DNA of 64,000 nt from an uncultured delta proteobacterium (GTDB lineage Bacteria; Desulfobacterota; Binatia; UBA9968), in contig CAVUZH010000008.1 of assembly GCA_963745835.1 (NCBI GenBank), forward strand, positions 1-64,000. The letters run 5' to 3'. Shown piece after piece: positions 59,633-64,000 of this stretch. The notes below the pieces were generated by a model that ran no database searches, was not told the origin of the DNA, and saw only the letters and a program-made list of their open reading frames with translations. A program made the translations under genes and the position numbers. Every line of letters starts with the position of its first letter. Position 1 is the first letter of the stretch.

Positions 59633-60646
59633 ATGACCAAAGCAATTCGTGTTTCGACAACTGTCTTGGGATTTTTGATAGCGATCACATTCTCCTTTGC
59701 AAAACTGGCTGCCGCGCCCCTGGAGAAGGTCAACGCCAGCTACGGCGCCATTTCCGGTTCGATGCTGCCGATTTGGGTTGCCAAGGAGGCGCGACTGTTT
59801 GAAAAACAGGGGTTGGATTTGAACCTGGTGTATATCTCAGGCGGCCCGCGCAGCATCATGTCGTTGATCGGCGGCAGCGTACAATTTGTTAATCACTCCG
59901 GGATGCCTGCTTTGGAAGCTTATCAGCGCGGCGCCGACACCGCCATGATTGCATCGCCGATGAATCAACTCGAGCATTCGCTGGTCGTGCAAAAAAACAT
60001 CACGAGTGTCGAACAACTCCGGGGCAAAATACTTGGCATGAGCACCTCAGGCTCACTGACCGACATTCTCTTGCGTGAAGGTCTGCGCCTGAACGGTGTC
60101 TCGGAGAAGGAGGTAACCATCATTCCGGTAGGCGATTTGGGCGCGCGCCTGAGCGGGCTGCAAACCGGCCGAATCCATGGCGCCATCATCGCCGGCGTAC
60201 AGACGCTAACCGCCACCAGAATGGGATTTAAACAGCTCATCGACTATTCCAAACTACCCCTGGAGATTTCCGGATCGGGTATTCTTATACGACGAGCCTA
60301 TGTCAACAAAAACTCCGAAACCACACTCAAATTTTTGAGAGGCTGGATCGAAGGAATCTATTTGTTAAAAGCCAAGCCGGAGTTCAGTCTCGGTGTGTTG
60401 AAGAAATATGTAGCAACTCAGGATAGCGAGGTTCTAAATGCTATTTATGGTCACTATAAAGAAAAGCTCACGACCAAGCCGGCTCCGCAAGTGCGCGTCG
60501 TGAAATCGATGCTTTATTTACTGTCGCGCACCGGTTCGGAACTTGCCACTAACACCAGTCCGGAAGGGTTTATCGAAGCGCGTTTCATCAACGAGCTTGA
60601 AGCTGCCGGATTTTTCGAAGAGATGAATCGACAATTTAGTAAGTAA
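59633..60646 (+). CDS. NitT/TauT family SBP
   Basis: Signal peptide; LPIWVAKEARLFEKQGLD; EARFINELEAAGFF. Confidence 0.93.
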   Translation: MTKAIRVSTTVLGFLIAITFSFAKLAAAPLEKVNASYGAISGSMLPIWVAKEARLFEKQGLDLNLVYISGGPRSIMSLIGGSVQFVNHSGMPALEAYQRGADTAMIASPMNQLEHSLVVQKNITSVEQLRGKILGMSTSGSLTDILLREGLRLNGVSEKEVTIIPVGDLGARLSGLQTGRIHGAIIAGVQTLTATRMGFKQLIDYSKLPLEISGSGILIRRAYVNKNSETTLKFLRGWIEGIYLLKAKPEFSLGVLKKYVATQDSEVLNAIYGHYKEKLTTKPAPQVRVVKSMLYLLSRTGSELATNTSPEGFIEARFINELEAAGFFEEMNRQFSK

Positions 60647-60727
60647 GCTCGATAGTCGCCGCTAGCCAACTTACAACAGCCCCTCTAACGATCAAGGAAC
60701 ACCGGAGAATTTCCTTCTAAGTAGCCG

Positions 60728-60765
60728 ATTCGGCGCGTTTTAGCCGATGATTAACGCGCCGAATT
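60728..60765. terminator. 12-bp hairpin downstream of last SBP (possible terminator)
   Basis: ATTCGGCGCGTT/AACGCGCCGAAT, followed by only a short T run. Confidence 0.45.
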
Positions 60766-60908
60766 TGCAAAATCTGCGAACAAACTCCTAATTCTAAGCA
60801 GGGTATGTTTTTGCGATCCCGCTCCCGTGCTAGATTGAAACTGAGCGCACTTCTAGCAATGCTCGTTTCGTAGGTACTCGTAGTTCTACATCCTTGAGGG
60901 CTGGCATT

Positions 60909-62633
60909 ATGTACCAAGACTACTTTGGCCTGAGCGATCTTCCATTCCGCGTTACGCCGGAGCCGCAATTTCTTTTCAGCAATCCCGCGCATCGAAATGC
61001 CTATGCCGCATTGCGCGAGGGCATCAATTCGCGCCGCGGTCTGATCGTGATTACTGGAGAAATCGGTACCGGAAAAACCACTCTACTGACCACCTTCCTG
61101 CAAAGTAATTTGGATCCGGCGTTGCAGAGTGCGGTGATCCTAAACCCCGGTTTCAGTTTTGCCGAGCTGCTTCGCTGTGCCTTGCATGATCTCGGGGTAC
61201 TCTCGTCAGCCGATAGCGAGGCCGAGTTGCTGGAGCGATTTAATAACTACGCGGCGCAAACGGCGCGGAGCAGCAACCTTGCCGTTTTTCTCGATGAAGC
61301 ACAGACGATTAGCCTCGATGTTCTCAACCAGTTGCTGCGGCTATCCAATCTCGACAGTGACGACAAAAAGCTGGTCCAAGTTATTCTGATCGGGCAACCG
61401 GAGCTCGAGCAAAAACTCAACCACCCAGAACTCGCCAACCTGAAGCGGCGCGTTTCAGTGCACCAGACGCTTGCGCCGCTGACACCGGACGAAGTCGGCC
61501 GCTACATTGATTTCAGGCTGCGCCAAGCCGGATATCAAGGCAAACAATTGTTTGATCAACGTGCAGTTAAGAGAATAGTTCTGTACTCCGCCGGTATTCC
61601 TCGGCTCATCAATATCATTTGTGATAATGCTCTGCTTATCGCACTGGGCGCTTCTAAAAAGAGAGTTTCAGCCGCTATCGTTGATGAAGTCGCTGAAGAT
61701 CTACACGTCCAAACGCGGCCGGCACAGATTACTTCTGGCGTAGCGGGCCGCAAGCTCGTTCAGAGTGATGCGACCGGGCTGTCAAATGATGCAAATCCCT
61801 TCAGGCCAGAGTTCTTCGGCCGGCGGTACGCCAGCAGCACCCTGGCCGCGGGTTTCGGAGTTCTATTGGTCTTTGGTCTCTTAAGCGGCGTTAGCTCGAT
61901 GCTATATGATCAAGGCAAAAATCTGGCCTCAAGGATCGGCGCCGGCGCCGGACAGTTCTTCAGCGCCGATGCCAACAACCCCGTTCTGGTCCAATCAAGG
62001 CCGCAAGAGGGTCGTGATAATCCTGAAGATGGTTGGGCCGATTTCGGTCAGTTGAAGATGGAAGTAAGCCGCATTCTTATGAAGAACAAGGAGAGAACTC
62101 CTGATCCATCAGTTAGCAGGTTCCCCAAGGATTGGTCAAAATATGTTGGCGACCCTCAAACGACGGAGGTTCCCGGCATCCGGAGTGTTGACGATAAAAT
62201 AGCGCCGGCTCCGCCTAAAAAGAGCGTTGCGCCCGACGAAGCTACGGTAGCCACGGGAAGACTCGAGCCTACAGATCGCCGGCCCATACAAGCTCAGCCG
62301 GATCCTCAACTGCAAAGAGCGAGAGGTCCGCAGTACTGGCCGAACCAACCGACTGCAGCAAAGCCACCGAGAGCAGAGCGAGAACAGCGATTTTTTCAAG
62401 GCCTGTTCGAAGTCACGGCAGACTCTTTGGTGTTTGATGAACCTCGAATGGAGTCGGCTCTACTGAAAACATTGAGGCCCGGAAGTCAGGTGCGAGTGGA
62501 ACAGAAGCGGGGCAATTTTCTTCTGGTACGTTCAATGAAAGATCCGGAGATGTCAGGGTACGTTCACTTAGACCATGCGTACTTCAGGCGAATACGGCCG
62601 GAGAGCACTCAGACCAGGACTACGCAGCCATAA
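60909..62633 (+). CDS. ExeA/GspA-like AAA ATPase with TM segment and C-terminal SH3-like domain
   Basis: MYQDYFGL, GEIGTGKTT, LDEAQ, LIGQPEL, GIPRLINIICDNAL; TM near aa 315-330; Pro-rich linker; SGYVHL. Confidence 0.9.
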   Translation: MYQDYFGLSDLPFRVTPEPQFLFSNPAHRNAYAALREGINSRRGLIVITGEIGTGKTTLLTTFLQSNLDPALQSAVILNPGFSFAELLRCALHDLGVLSSADSEAELLERFNNYAAQTARSSNLAVFLDEAQTISLDVLNQLLRLSNLDSDDKKLVQVILIGQPELEQKLNHPELANLKRRVSVHQTLAPLTPDEVGRYIDFRLRQAGYQGKQLFDQRAVKRIVLYSAGIPRLINIICDNALLIALGASKKRVSAAIVDEVAEDLHVQTRPAQITSGVAGRKLVQSDATGLSNDANPFRPEFFGRRYASSTLAAGFGVLLVFGLLSGVSSMLYDQGKNLASRIGAGAGQFFSADANNPVLVQSRPQEGRDNPEDGWADFGQLKMEVSRILMKNKERTPDPSVSRFPKDWSKYVGDPQTTEVPGIRSVDDKIAPAPPKKSVAPDEATVATGRLEPTDRRPIQAQPDPQLQRARGPQYWPNQPTAAKPPRAEREQRFFQGLFEVTADSLVFDEPRMESALLKTLRPGSQVRVEQKRGNFLLVRSMKDPEMSGYVHLDHAYFRRIRPESTQTRTTQP

Positions 62634-62834
62634 TACTCAAGCTGCACCTGCGGTGGTCGACATCAATCTTTACGATGACTTGCTATTTGTGAGCGGAGAG
62701 ATTCACTAGACGGTAGACAGGTCGACAATTCGTTCTGTGGAAGCCCGAGCGCCGGACCAGAGCTAGCTATCCATCCGGCAGTCCGCCGTTCTTGTCTATC
62801 TTCATTGCGTCTTCTGTCGGCAACATGATTCACA

Positions 62835-63590
62835 TCATCCGTCGGCTATCATCGAATTGAACCGCTGACAAAACTCCCCGATGGCGCCATGATGGGCGAA
62901 GCTTGCGTATTCATCGAGCATGGTTGGTTCCCGGTTGATGATTGCCAGAACGGCGCCGTTGTGCCGGGCGATAACTGGAAAAGAAGCCGCCGGCTGTACT
63001 TGCAACGAAGAGCCCATGACCATAAAGATGCGCGCCTGCTCGGTCCATTCCTGAGCCTGGCGCATGGCTCGTTCCGGCATCGCTTGGCCGAATGAGATCG
63101 TCGCGGATTTCAGAATGCCGCCGCAGTCATCACATCTTGGCGAGGAGAAGTTGCCGGTCAAACGTTCCATGATGATGACCGGATCATAAGACTTACTGCA
63201 CTCCAGACAGCGGATAGTCCGATTGCTGCCGTGCAATTCGACGATTTTGTCTTCGGGCAGTCCGGATTGACTGTGCAGGCCGTCAACATTCTGCGTGATC
63301 AGCCCGATGAGTTTGCCTTTTTCGTTCAGCGATTGAACGAAGTAGTGGCCGATGTTGGGCTTGGCATTTTGGTCCACCGCGTACGTTTCCAAGCGCCGCT
63401 TCCAGGCCTCGACGCGGGATTCCTCGCTGCTGATGAACTCTTGAAAACTCACCGGTCGGTAACGGCTCCAGATCCCGCCCGGGCTACGGAAATCGGGAAT
63501 ACCGGACTCGGTGCTAATCCCGGCGCCAGTGAACACAACGATCTCTCGGCTCTCTCTGATTGCTCCAGCGAATTCTTCCAGGTTCATCAT
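62835..63590 (-). CDS. cobB: NAD-dependent deacylase (sirtuin)
   Basis: GAGISTESGIPDFRS, TQNVDGLH, ELHG, CxxC...CxxC, GSSLQVQPAA. Confidence 0.95.
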   Translation of the reverse strand: MMNLEEFAGAIRESREIVVFTGAGISTESGIPDFRSPGGIWSRYRPVSFQEFISSEESRVEAWKRRLETYAVDQNAKPNIGHYFVQSLNEKGKLIGLITQNVDGLHSQSGLPEDKIVELHGSNRTIRCLECSKSYDPVIIMERLTGNFSSPRCDDCGGILKSATISFGQAMPERAMRQAQEWTEQARIFMVMGSSLQVQPAASFPVIARHNGAVLAIINREPTMLDEYASFAHHGAIGEFCQRFNSMIADG

Positions 63591-63631
63591 AAAAATTTAT
63601 AGAACAGCCCAGGCGCGGAAAACAACCGCGT

Positions 63632-64000
63632 TCAAACCAATTTTTTCGCCGTTTGGGGCAACTTGAGCAGCATGGCCAGGACACCGCCGCAGGTAATCAG
63701 GCTTCCCGCGACGACGAATCCCATGGCAAATAAACCGGCATCGCCCATCATACCTATAAATGTCGGGATCGCGCCGCCGCCCACCATAAATCCGAACGGC
63801 ACAGTGAAAGCGACCGCCAGGTTCCGAGCATTAGGTCCGGTGATCAGCGCCAATGCGGCGAATGCCGCCGGAAAAAACCAAACTGCTACAAGCGGCTGAA
63901 CTACAACCACGGCGCTGGTCCACCAACCTGAAACGACGCCCAGAAGCAAGGTCGCGATTCCAGTAAAAATCAGGCTCACGACGATCGTTCGTTTGGGTCC
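63632..64000 (-). CDS. MFS transporter, C-terminal part (runs off window end)
   Basis: GPKRTIVVSL..., four TM helices, GMMGDAG. Confidence 0.75.
   Translation of the reverse strand, partial: GPKRTIVVSLIFTGIATLLLGVVSGWWTSAVVVVQPLVAVWFFPAAFAALALITGPNARNLAVAFTVPFGFMVGGGAIPTFIGMMGDAGLFAMGFVVAGSLITCGGVLAMLLKLPQTAKKLV

Noticed and set aside
60800-60815. GG-N10-GC motif upstream of the ExeA-like gene
   Set aside because: -24 element AGGGTA deviates too far from TGGCAC
1-64000. tRNA, rRNA, riboswitch, transposase, integrase or prophage
   Set aside because: No recognisable signatures by eye; a covariance-model scan was not possible

Overview
64 kb of bacterial chromosome, about 55 genes. The many orphan solute-binding proteins (SBPs) and short-period intergenic palindromes suggest an environmental Deltaproteobacteria-like lineage such as Ca. 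Binatia; that placement is inference. Core genes include gltB (5' part), an Lrp regulator, an RRM protein, gph-like HAD, sthA, a polar amino-acid ABC operon, sixA, citrate synthase, pssA-like and cobB. They are interleaved with catabolic and transport clusters: LigB/GDT1/LigA, an LVIVD + ABC operon, and a ~20 kb block (40.0-60.6 kb). That block encodes a class II aldolase, a heme-oxygenase-like diiron enzyme, three 4,5-dihydroxyphthalate-decarboxylase-like proteins, DapA-like, crotonase, MBL hydrolase, a UbiD with an apparently altered catalytic triad, a CoA ligase and 8 SBPs without permeases. Features the ORF track misses or mistranslates: gltB, a 36-aa membrane peptide with its own sigma-54 promoter and terminator, a second sigma-54-preceded small membrane protein, a TctC remnant, and several families of intergenic palindromic repeats. 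Several genes carry single-base frameshifts, probably mostly long-read assembly errors. No rRNA, tRNA, CRISPR array or transposase was seen.
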